From Armatimonadota bacterium (GTDB lineage: Bacteria > Armatimonadota > Armatimonadia > Armatimonadales > Armatimonadaceae), in contig JAYUUO010000012.1 of assembly GCA_043754515.1 (NCBI GenBank), positions 1-19,255 on the forward strand: a stretch of 19,255 nucleotides of DNA, written 5' to 3'. The notes beneath the pieces are model-generated. The model was not told where the DNA came from. It ran no database searches and was given only the letters and a program-made list of their open reading frames with translations. The translations under genes were made by a program, and so were the position numbers. Positions within the stretch are counted from its first letter, which is position 1, and every line of letters begins with the position of its first letter. Below are positions 8,713 to 16,990 of the stretch, piece by piece.

Positions 8713-9555
8713 TTACGACTCCCAGGGGAGTTTCGCCGCACCGCCGGTGGTCGCGGGTCGCTTTGTCTCCTTGTCTTTGGGCTTCGCCTCTTCGGGCGGC
8801 GCGGGAGCGGTGCCCATCCCGTTCAGAGACTGGGGCACGCCGAGCGGGGCCGGGTCGAGGGGTGCCATATCGCCGGGGATCGAGGGCATGGGTTGCGCCG
8901 GAGCCGTCATGGTTGGTTTCTGAGTTGGGACGGTCGGAATGCCGGTCTGCTCCGTGAGAGTTTGTCGCGCCGTCGCGGCCTGGGCAAACTTGCTGACCGC
9001 GACGAAGGGCAGGGCGCAGTAAAGTTCGATGTCGGCGGTTCGGTAGTTCATCAGGGCAGTGGCGGGGCCGGGGAGCGTTTTAGGCAAGGTGCGGTCGTCT
9101 ACCTTCACCTCGCGCCGGGTCTCCTCCGTCGCGCCGGGGAGCGTGATCATGTATGTCACGATCCGCCCGTATTCGGAGTCTCCGGTCGCGTTTTCTACCT
9201 TCACGATGCGCGCCATGACGGGCGAGCCGCTTTCCACCAGACTCGCCGCGCGGTCGCGATGTTGCTTCATCTTCGCCGGGTAGATCGAGATCATGAATGC
9301 CCCGCCGATGGCGAAGACCACTCCCCCAGTAATGTAGACTATGTCGGATACCTTGTGCCCGTTGTTGGCGGCGACGAGGAACATGATCAGGCCGATGACG
9401 AGTAGAGCACCGCCCAAGCCGAGTAGAATGGGCGCGTTGGGCTGGTTTAAGTCAGGGTACGAAGACGGCGCATAGCGGCGTGGCGCGGCTTCCATAAGTT
9501 CGCGCTCCGGCGACCAACTGCCGCTCTCGAGGGGGGTGTTCTTAGGAACGGACAT
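8713..9555 (-). CDS. Hypothetical membrane protein (two TM helices, beta-rich domain, Pro/Thr-rich tail)
   Basis: ATG at 9555 (MSVPKN); two long hydrophobic stretches; low-complexity C-terminus ending KLPWES. Confidence 0.75.
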   Translation of the reverse strand: MSVPKNTPLESGSWSPERELMEAAPRRYAPSSYPDLNQPNAPILLGLGGALLVIGLIMFLVAANNGHKVSDIVYITGGVVFAIGGAFMISIYPAKMKQHRDRAASLVESGSPVMARIVKVENATGDSEYGRIVTYMITLPGATEETRREVKVDDRTLPKTLPGPATALMNYRTADIELYCALPFVAVSKFAQAATARQTLTEQTGIPTVPTQKPTMTAPAQPMPSIPGDMAPLDPAPLGVPQSLNGMGTAPAPPEEAKPKDKETKRPATTGGAAKLPWES

Positions 9556-9817
9556 CCTGCGGTTCTCTTTCTTGGGTCGGGTGACGGTCGCGCACGCGCG
9601 CCATGTTTTACTTGGGACGATGACAACGCCCGTCAGGTTCCACCCGGTGGCATCTCGCCAAGGTACCCTCGCGCAGAGAAGGTACCGACGCCCGGTCCCG
9701 CGCGGGAAACTCCGACTAAAGCGTGTATTGGCGAAGCGGGGAGATTTCTCCTGCATCCTGCCCCGGTCGCGCGTCCTTTTTTCCCGGTTGGCCCCGTGAC
9801 GTCAACGAACGGGGTAC

Positions 9818-10279
9818 TCAGCGCGCTAGCGTGATCGTGCCGGTTGTGTTCACCAGACGGTGGGTCTGCACCAGGCTGCCACGCAGGGTATTAGGCGGCG
9901 AGAGCGGGATGCTGAGCGACCCGGCGAATGAGTCCCCCGCCGCGCTACCGGGGATGGTTCCCGAGAAGGAGCCACCCGAGGTCATGTTTCCCAGCAGCGT
10001 CACGCTCGGGATGGTTTCCGAGATGTTCCGATAGTTCTTTAACACCAGCGTATAGGAACCGTCTTTCTGCACGGAGAGTGTCGCGTCGCCGCCGCCCGCG
10101 CCGACGGCCCAGCTCCCCGCCCAGTTCCCGATGTAGGCGGCGCGGATGGCGGGCGCATCGGGCGACGCCGCGGCGACGGTCGGCACGACTGGGCCGTTGC
10201 CCACGCCGCCGCAACCGCAAACCGCGCCGAGCGCGACGCCGGTCAGGGCAATTAAAAAAGGGAGACGGTAATGGGGCAT
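9818..10279 (-). CDS. Putative lipoprotein, small beta-rich domain
   Basis: ATG at 10279 with AGGA upstream; MPHYRLPFLIALTGVALGAVCG-C signal peptide with lipobox-like Cys followed by GG; YIGNWAGSW motif. Confidence 0.75.
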   Translation of the reverse strand: MPHYRLPFLIALTGVALGAVCGCGGVGNGPVVPTVAAASPDAPAIRAAYIGNWAGSWAVGAGGGDATLSVQKDGSYTLVLKNYRNISETIPSVTLLGNMTSGGSFSGTIPGSAAGDSFAGSLSIPLSPPNTLRGSLVQTHRLVNTTGTITLAR

Positions 10280-10308
10280 AATTTTCCTGGTGTCAGTAGT
10301 GGTTCGTG

Positions 10309-11190
10309 TCAGTGGTAGTAGTGATGCCGCCACGTCGGCGGCGTCGGCAGGTCGTCGAGCGAGAGCTGGGCGAGGGCGTTGATGCCCGCCGGGGACAAGC
10401 GGAACCCTTTCGCGATCACTGTCTCGAACGCGGCGCGGCGCAGATTCGTCCGGAACGTCATGTCCTCTACCGCGAGGATGGCGATCTGTTGCAACTGGTG
10501 GCGATCTAACATTTCTAAAGCGTCGCGTGTCTCCCCCACGAAACCGTCCTCCTCCCCGTCCTCCGCCGCGCTGTCGGCGAGAACCCGCAGGTACGCTTCG
10601 GTCGCGCCCCCGACCATACCCATCTGCTGGAGCAACACGCCCCGCTTGAAATGGTGCAAAGGCTCGTTCGGGTCGAGGCGGCACAACTCCCGCGCCATGC
10701 GCAGTGCCTCGGGGAGTTGTCCGCGTTGCAGGTACGCTGCCGAGAGGATGTCCCGCGCGGTGATCGAGCGCGGCGCGAGTCGCAGTAGGCTCTTCGCGCT
10801 GAAGATCGCCTCGTCGGTCGCGCCGACTTCGAGCGCGAGTTCGGCGAGAGCCTCGTGCGGCGCGGGGTCGGCGGGTGCCTCGCGAGTGGCGCGCCGCAAC
10901 ACGTCGAGTGCCTCCCCGACGCGGCGTGTCCCCCGTAGTAGGTTCGCCATCTTCATCGCGGCGCGGGTCGTTCCGGGCACGGTCTGGGTCAGGCGGCGCA
11001 GGTGCGCGAGTGCCTTCTCGGTCTGTCCGGCGGCGACCAGCGCATCCGCCCGCCGCAGGGAACGGGTCTCACGGGCGAGTTGCGCCGGGACGGGGACATC
11101 GCCGAGCGCAAGCACGGCGGATCCCGCGAGCCGCGCGGCGGGGTCGTCGGCGGTCGGGGTGTTCTCGGCGGTGCCGGTTTTCACAGTCAT
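10309..11190 (-). CDS. TPR-repeat protein with C-terminal NHLP/Os1348-like helical domain
   Basis: Several TPR-type repeats (e.g. LSAAYLQRGQLPEAL..ARELCRLDPNEP..HFKRGVLLQQMG..A..AY). C-terminus LQQIAILAVEDMTFRTNL.....AKGFRLS. Start taken at ATG 11190, downstream of the predicted promoter. Confidence 0.82.
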   Translation of the reverse strand: MTVKTGTAENTPTADDPAARLAGSAVLALGDVPVPAQLARETRSLRRADALVAAGQTEKALAHLRRLTQTVPGTTRAAMKMANLLRGTRRVGEALDVLRRATREAPADPAPHEALAELALEVGATDEAIFSAKSLLRLAPRSITARDILSAAYLQRGQLPEALRMARELCRLDPNEPLHHFKRGVLLQQMGMVGGATEAYLRVLADSAAEDGEEDGFVGETRDALEMLDRHQLQQIAILAVEDMTFRTNLRRAAFETVIAKGFRLSPAGINALAQLSLDDLPTPPTWRHHYYH

Positions 11191-11259
11191 AATCGTTGTT
11201 CGGGCGGGAGCGAAACAAGGGCGGGAGCTGCGGAGTGTCTCCGTCGTACGCTCGTACAC

Positions 11260-11288
11260 ATTATGGCACGGAATCGGGTGCTAGGCAA
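11260..11288 (-). promoter_or_regulatory. Sigma70-type promoter for the TPR gene
   Basis: Minus strand: TTGCCT (11288-11283), 17-bp spacer, CATAAT (11265-11260) preceded by TGc (extended -10). Confidence 0.55.
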
Positions 11289-11290
11289 GG

Positions 11291-11306
11291 TGTGACGTTT
11301 CTCACA
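11291..11306. promoter_or_regulatory. CRP-type binding site
   Basis: tgtga-cgtttc-tcaca, a perfect TGTGA-N6-TCACA match in the divergent intergenic region upstream of an adenylate cyclase gene. Confidence 0.7.
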
Positions 11307-11470
11307 GTCTGTTCGCCACCGGGAACAATGTCAGCCTGCCCGGCAACTAATAGGCGAGCGAACGAAACAATGACTACGGCGTGCCACTCGAACAAGAGAC
11401 GTGACTATTCGCGGATCGTGTACGGGTGGCACGCCGGATTTTTGTCCCACCCAATTTTGAGGGGACGACC

Positions 11471-13492
11471 ATGTCGGGGATAAGACGGCAATCAGAGGCG
11501 GTTCCTTTCTGGCGTGGTGTCCCGGTGCGCTCCGCCGGGGTCGCGCTGGCGGCACTTATGGCGGCGGGCAGCGCGAACGTCTGCACATCGCTGAACCGCG
11601 CCCTGTCTGATCAGCACGCCCACTGGGGCGCGGCGTCAACACCGCGCCCCTTCCCCGCGACGCTTTTAGTAATCGGCATTGACGACGCCAGCGTACGCAA
11701 GTTCGGGCGGCTCAAATACTGGAGCCGCTCCCGATACGCCGACCTGCTGGCACGGACGCGGCGGGCGAAGGTGGTCGGGCTGGACATCCTGTTCACGGAG
11801 CCGGACGACCGCGACCCGGCGGGCGACCGGGCCTTCGCGGAGGCTTTGGGCCGTTGCGACAACGTCGTCCTGCCCGCGTTCATCTACAGCGAGCCGCGCC
11901 CCGTCACGGACGGGACGCAGGCGCGGACCGCCGCGTTTCTTTCGGCACTGCCCGTGGCGGGCGGCGACGCGGCGGACCGGTTCCCCGCCCTGAACCCGCA
12001 GACCATCGAGCCGCCGATCCCGGCACTTGCGCGGGGGGCACACGCCCTGTCTCAGGCGAACGTGAACGCCGACCCGGACAACGTGTATCGCCGCCCCGTG
12101 ATCGCCTGCGTCGCCGCGGGCGCGGACGGCAGACTCCGCTACGTGCCGCACATCACGGCGGCGGTCGCGAGCCTTGCGACGGGCAAGCCGCTTCCCGAAC
12201 TTCTCGCCGGGTTGCCGCTCGAAGACGGGGCGTTGCGGCTACGTTCGGCGGCGCGGCGCGGCGGGTCGCTCCGCGAGGGCGACGGTACGCCCGTGCCGTA
12301 TCTATCCTTCGCGGACGCCGTTTCCGCGCCGCCCGAAAAGTTTACAGGCAAGGTAATACTGGTCGGCGAGACCGTAACCGGCACTGCCGACATCCGCGCG
12401 AACGCGCTGGACAACGGCCTGCGCGGCGTGGAACTTAACGCAGAGATCGTGGCGAATCTGGTCGGCACGTTCCCGCCGCTCCGGACGCTACCGCCCGTCT
12501 CTGGCTTCGTCCTAGTCGCGCTGGCGGTCGGCGCGCCTATCGCGCTGTTCGCGCTCACGCCGGAGATACGACGTGCCGCGTCCGGGTCCGCCTGCGCCCT
12601 GCTCGGTCTCGCCGCGCTGACGGAGGGCGCATACTTCGCGGGCGGCTTGGTCCCACCCTGGGCGGAGGTATTGATCGGATTCACGGCGGCGACGCTGACG
12701 GCGGGGATCGCACGCGCCGGGCAGGAGGCGGCGACGCGCCTCCGCTTGCAGGACGCGTTCTCCGCCTACGTGGCTCCGGAGCAGGTCGAGGAGTTGCTAC
12801 GGAACCCGGGCGCCCTGCTCGCCGGGACGCGGCGGGTGCGGTGCGCCATCCTGTTTAGCGACATCCGCTCGTTCACCGCCTACTCGGAGCAGAACCCGCC
12901 CGACGTCGTGGATCGCCAGATGCGCGAGTACCTGACGCAGATGTCGGCGGCGGTGTTCGTCCGGCAGAACTTCCTGGATAAGTTCATCGGCGACGCGGTG
13001 ATGGCACTCTTCGGCGACATCCTGCCGGGCCGGGCCGGGGGCGCGCGGATAATACATGATAACTACGCCGCAGAGGCGGTGCTCTGCGCCGTGGATATGC
13101 TCGACCGTTTGGATCGCCTGAACTCCCTCTGGGCGGAGGAGGGGTTGCCGGAGTTCCGGGTCGGGATCGGAATACACTTCGGTGACGCGCTGTTCGGTAA
13201 TGTGGGGGCGGAGAGCGTGGACGGCGGTATACGCCGGGTGCAACTCACGGCCCTCGGGGATAGCGTAAACCTGGCGTCGCGGCTACAGACGGCGACGAAA
13301 GACTACAATGTTGCTGTTCTCGTCAGCGGCGACGTCAAAGAACGCGCCGACGGGAGCGGGTTGCTCCGTGGGCGGGTGTGCTGGCGGGATTTGGGCGTGC
13401 TGATAGTACGCGGGCGGGAGGGGGAGACCCCAATATGGGCGGCGGAGCGCGTCATCGCGCGGGAAGGCGGTAGGGGTAAGAATGGCAACTAA
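11471..13492 (+). CDS. CHASE2-domain class III adenylate/guanylate cyclase (adenylate-type)
   Basis: CHASE2 motifs (VIGIDDAS, WSRSRYA.LL, VGLDILF.EP, D.AFAEAL, DPDNVYRR, GKVILVG, GVEL.AEI), three TM helices, then LFSDIRSFT, DKFIGDAVMALFG, IGIHFG...GNVG, TALGDSVNLASRL. The Lys/Thr pair fits ATP-specific class IIIb. ATG at 11471 with GAGGGG upstream. Confidence 0.93.
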   Translation: MSGIRRQSEAVPFWRGVPVRSAGVALAALMAAGSANVCTSLNRALSDQHAHWGAASTPRPFPATLLVIGIDDASVRKFGRLKYWSRSRYADLLARTRRAKVVGLDILFTEPDDRDPAGDRAFAEALGRCDNVVLPAFIYSEPRPVTDGTQARTAAFLSALPVAGGDAADRFPALNPQTIEPPIPALARGAHALSQANVNADPDNVYRRPVIACVAAGADGRLRYVPHITAAVASLATGKPLPELLAGLPLEDGALRLRSAARRGGSLREGDGTPVPYLSFADAVSAPPEKFTGKVILVGETVTGTADIRANALDNGLRGVELNAEIVANLVGTFPPLRTLPPVSGFVLVALAVGAPIALFALTPEIRRAASGSACALLGLAALTEGAYFAGGLVPPWAEVLIGFTAATLTAGIARAGQEAATRLRLQDAFSAYVAPEQVEELLRNPGALLAGTRRVRCAILFSDIRSFTAYSEQNPPDVVDRQMREYLTQMSAAVFVRQNFLDKFIGDAVMALFGDILPGRAGGARIIHDNYAAEAVLCAVDMLDRLDRLNSLWAEEGLPEFRVGIGIHFGDALFGNVGAESVDGGIRRVQLTALGDSVNLASRLQTATKDYNVAVLVSGDVKERADGSGLLRGRVCWRDLGVLIVRGREGETPIWAAERVIAREGGRGKNGN

Positions 13493-14636
13493 CCGGTTTG
13501 AGGAGGAGACGCGCCGGGCGATAGGCGAGGCGTCCCGGCACCATGCACGGTCGCGGATTAAGGGTGATGATAGCACTGGCGCACGGGGCGTACGCGAGGG
13601 CATGGATCACCTGACGGACGGCGCGCGGTTCCTGCTCGGCCTTGCCGCGATAGGGCTGGTGATCGCGCTTCTGGACGGCGCGCGGCGCGAGTATGGCGAG
13701 TTCTACGCCAACCTTGCCGCGTTCAGGTCGCCGATCGCGGTTCGCCGCGCCGCCGATAAATTGCCGGTGACGGACAAGATGGAACTCCGGAACAAAGACG
13801 CGGTGTCCACGGCGGCGGATGGGAACGCGACGGTGTTGTTCCCGGATGGGTCGGCCGTGTTCGTCGAACCGAGCACGCGCTTCGAGGTCCAACTGCTCGA
13901 TTATAACCGGGGGCCGAAGCGCGACCGCTCGTTCCTGCTCCGGTTCGGCTCGATTTTCACGCGCATCTCGAAGCGGTTCGGGAAGAAGGGAGAGACGCTT
14001 ATCTGCACCCCGAACGCGGTCGCCGCCGCGCGCGGGACGGGGTTCGCGGTCCGCTTCGATCCGGGTTCCGGCACGACATTCGTGGAGGTCATTGATGGCA
14101 GGGTCGCACTACGGAATGCCGGGGGGCGCATCGAGATCTCGAGGGGCCAGACAGGAACAGCGGTCGGTAACCAGCCGCCGATGTTTGGCAGCGTGTCGCG
14201 TACGCTCGCGTTGCAACAACGTTTCAACGCGCTGGCGCGCCTCGACAATGCGCCCTCCCCGTTGGAGAATTATGAGCGGGGCGCGCTGAACTTCCTAGAC
14301 CCCGCGTTGCGACTCGTCGCGCTAAATCCGGGCGGGTTCGACATGGGGCAGAGCGACTGGGCGCGTCGCGCCGCGACGCGGCAGGCTTTGAAACTGGTGC
14401 AACAATCACTGGAGGCAGCGAGCGGTGATGTGCCCGACGTGTTAAACCCGGTGACGCTCACGGAACTGGGCTTCAAAGACGCGGATCGAGACAAGATACT
14501 GGGCGCGTTCGCGGGCTATTCGATAGACCGATACGAGAAACGCGGGCAGAACCTGTACCGGGTCGTGGTGCGATCCAGGGATTCGGACGGAACCCCGTTT
14601 GAACTCACCGAGACCGGAATAAGGCAGGTGAAGTAG
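13482..14636 (+). CDS. Membrane-anchored FecR-domain protein with extra C-terminal domain
   Basis: One TM segment, then T..DGNATVLFPDGSAVFVEPST, L..GSI, TPNAVAAARGTGF.V, VEVIDGRV. Overlaps the cyclase gene by 11 nt. Confidence 0.85.
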   Translation: MATNRFEEETRRAIGEASRHHARSRIKGDDSTGARGVREGMDHLTDGARFLLGLAAIGLVIALLDGARREYGEFYANLAAFRSPIAVRRAADKLPVTDKMELRNKDAVSTAADGNATVLFPDGSAVFVEPSTRFEVQLLDYNRGPKRDRSFLLRFGSIFTRISKRFGKKGETLICTPNAVAAARGTGFAVRFDPGSGTTFVEVIDGRVALRNAGGRIEISRGQTGTAVGNQPPMFGSVSRTLALQQRFNALARLDNAPSPLENYERGALNFLDPALRLVALNPGGFDMGQSDWARRAATRQALKLVQQSLEAASGDVPDVLNPVTLTELGFKDADRDKILGAFAGYSIDRYEKRGQNLYRVVVRSRDSDGTPFELTETGIRQVK

Positions 14637-14870
14637 CGGTTATAAGTCGGATTGACACCACCACAACTTCCGTGTCTACCTGAATCGAGCACATGACACC
14701 GTTACCAGTAGACAAAATATGACTATCGCGTGTGCGCCGACTTTACGCCAGTACTTAAACTGGGTTAAACATCGAGAAGGGGTTCGAGTGAAAATCAGGT
14801 ATATTTACCAGTATAGTTGAAGCGGGTGTAGCCCGAATATTGCATTGTCTCAATACGAAGCAAACATATC

Positions 14871-15683
14871 ATGCCCCGAATCTCACGCCGGAAGGTTTTG
14901 TCGCCGAAGATGCTGTCACGCTCCCGTGCTATCGCCGTGATTGGTACCGCCGCCTGCGTTATGGCTACGCTCGGTGCCGTCACAACGCGGTTCGGGGTGT
15001 TGAAGGCTTCGAGCGACGTGTTGGCACCTGATACGGCATCCTCCCCCGTACCCGCCGCCCCCGCTACTACCGTGGCCTTCGCCCCGAACTACGCGACCGA
15101 TCTACTGCACCTGCGCCGCTGGCAGAAATCGGACCTGATTCTCTACGTCGAGGAGCCGGGAAAGGTAAACGACGCGCGTGACCACGACCACCTCGCGGCG
15201 ATGCGCAAGGGAGCCGCGATCTGGAACCCGTACACGAACGGGATACTGAACGTCCGATTTACCGAAAACCCCGCCGAAGCCGACATCCGCGTGACGTTCG
15301 TTGACAAGGGTTCCCTGCCGGGCGGGGCGATAGGCCGCACTGAAGTAACCTACCGCAACCGCGACAACGTGATCGTCTCCGCTACCGTGCGCGTTGATCG
15401 CACTCTTAAGTCGGATCTGCTCGCGCAAGTCGCCGCCCATGAATTCGGACACGCGTTCGGCATGGAAGGGCACAGCGTGAACAGAACCGACCTGATGTAC
15501 GCCCGCGCCCACCTGCCCGCCGCCGTGACCGACCGGGACGCGAACACGCTCCACCTCAACTACAGCCTCGAAGCGATCCGCGCCGACGCGAAGCCAGCCG
15601 CCCAGCCGACGCAGACTGGAATCGTCCGCGCCGGACACGGGTATACGACCGCCGCCGCCTGCTCTTTGCCCGGCGAAGACTGA
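14871..15683 (+). CDS. Matrixin-like (M10-type metzincin) metalloprotease
   Basis: HEFGHAFGMEGHS zinc motif, Met-turn DLMY, ADIRVTF; N-terminal basic plus hydrophobic export/anchor segment. Confidence 0.88.
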   Translation: MPRISRRKVLSPKMLSRSRAIAVIGTAACVMATLGAVTTRFGVLKASSDVLAPDTASSPVPAAPATTVAFAPNYATDLLHLRRWQKSDLILYVEEPGKVNDARDHDHLAAMRKGAAIWNPYTNGILNVRFTENPAEADIRVTFVDKGSLPGGAIGRTEVTYRNRDNVIVSATVRVDRTLKSDLLAQVAAHEFGHAFGMEGHSVNRTDLMYARAHLPAAVTDRDANTLHLNYSLEAIRADAKPAAQPTQTGIVRAGHGYTTAAACSLPGED

Positions 15684-15895
15684 TACTGAAAAGCCCGGTC
15701 ACCTTTCCGGGTCTGCCATATAACCGGAGTTTGTTTGCAACCCTGCTAGGCAATCCACCGCTATCGTGAGCGAGTCGTCTCCCAACACTGTGTGATACTT
15801 CCATTTCCTGGGGTATTTTCCTGTGCCGGAACCAGTTTAATTAATGAACCGCTTTACACATTGACGGCAGATATGTCTCCGCGTCCTCGAAACAG

Positions 15896-15911
15896 GGTGA
15901 CATAATTCACA
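15896..15911. promoter_or_regulatory. CRP-like site overlapping an extended -10 element
   Basis: ggtga-cataat-tcaca (9/10 consensus positions); TGaCATAAT lies inside it; 60 bp upstream of the ATG at 15971. Confidence 0.45.
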
Positions 15912-15970
15912 CCAAAGTAGGCAGGATTCCACTCCCCCATCGCGGAACGTATCGTCAGGGGAAAAATTGA

Positions 15971-16795
15971 ATGACGAAACTGTATGCCGTGCTATCTCTC
16001 GTGTCTCTGTTTCTTGTGTCTCTCGTGTCAAGCCCCGCCGCGCGGGCGCAGATCCCGCCCGCCGAAAAAGGGGCAGTCGGCACCACGCTTCACTTCACCA
16101 TGGATGTTGACGAAATAAAAGACATCGCCATCTCGCTCCCGAAGGGCGACTACGTGATTCAAGCCGACCTGAGACTTGCCAATGTCGAGTCGAGCAATAT
16201 CCAGATGACCATTGACTTGCTCAAAACAAACGGGGTGATCGTTCAGAATGAGATACTGAAAGCGAACGCGGTGCATCGTGTCTGCCGTATCGCGCGGCCG
16301 TTCCACATCTCGACGGCACTCGGTGCCCGCCTCCGCGTCAAGAACGGGTCGAAGCAACTCGAATACTGGCTCACGGTGTTCCCAGCGGCGAGACGCCCCC
16401 TGGTCCCGTTCCCCTTCGGCGGCGGCGAGATGAAGCCTCTCGCGGTTGGAACTGATAACGGAAAAGGGGGTGTGCTACCGAAACAATGCGACGACGGCTT
16501 CTTCGTGTTTCACAAAATCGCGCTACCGGCAGGCAACTATGACGTCAGTCTCCATCTCAAGCAGAAGGGCACGGAAGGGTCTAACCTCCAGGCGACGCTT
16601 CGCTTGCTCGACAAGTACGGGGTCCCCCTCGAGAATGACTGGACGATTCCTATGAACGAGGAGGGTATCGAAGCGAGAAAGGATCGCCGGTTGGTCGTCG
16701 TGCGGCCCGCCACGATCTATTTCATGGTCACGAATGACAACGACACGCACGCCTATGACTACACGGTCGGGATCGAAAAAGCACCCGTCGACTGA
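15971..16795 (+). CDS. Secreted hypothetical protein with two internally repeated beta-sandwich-like domains
   Basis: Signal peptide ending AARA-Q; repeat ISLPKGDY...ESSNIQMTIDLLKTNGV vs IALPAGNY...EGSNLQATLRLLDKYGV. Confidence 0.8.
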   Translation: MTKLYAVLSLVSLFLVSLVSSPAARAQIPPAEKGAVGTTLHFTMDVDEIKDIAISLPKGDYVIQADLRLANVESSNIQMTIDLLKTNGVIVQNEILKANAVHRVCRIARPFHISTALGARLRVKNGSKQLEYWLTVFPAARRPLVPFPFGGGEMKPLAVGTDNGKGGVLPKQCDDGFFVFHKIALPAGNYDVSLHLKQKGTEGSNLQATLRLLDKYGVPLENDWTIPMNEEGIEARKDRRLVVVRPATIYFMVTNDNDTHAYDYTVGIEKAPVD

Positions 16796-16822
16796 CCCTG
16801 CATTCTGACCCGCGACCCGCAT

Positions 16823-16864
16823 AAAGGCCGCCCTCCCCACCTATCGGGGAGGGCGGCCTTTTTT
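16823..16864 (+). terminator. Rho-independent terminator
   Basis: 16-bp perfect stem aaaggccgccctcccc/ggggagggcggccttt, 7-nt loop, T6 run, just after the stop at 16795. Confidence 0.88.
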
Positions 16865-16990
16865 CGGGAACCCGCCGCGCGGAACCGGCATACCGAAGAA
16901 CGGGAGACGTTCCACGGCGTGCCGCGCCGGTTTCTGGTTCTGCGCGGCGGCGAGACGTGGTGACTAATATTCCCGCGAAGGAAAACAACC

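Noticed and set aside
9556..10684. N-terminal extensions of ORFs 8713-9756 and 9818-10684
   Set aside because: Arg-rich, non-protein-like sequence; the second overlaps the TPR gene. Better ATGs exist at 9555 and 10279.
13015..13245. Short extra loops in the cyclase domain (ILPGRAGGARII, SVDGGIRR) as further hairpin insertions
   Set aside because: In-frame, located in normally variable loops, and only a 5-bp stem (cggcg/cgccg) is visible.
16865..16990. FMN riboswitch upstream of the flavoenzyme genes
   Set aside because: The conserved RFN sequence blocks are not recognisable; kept only as an unnamed structured element.
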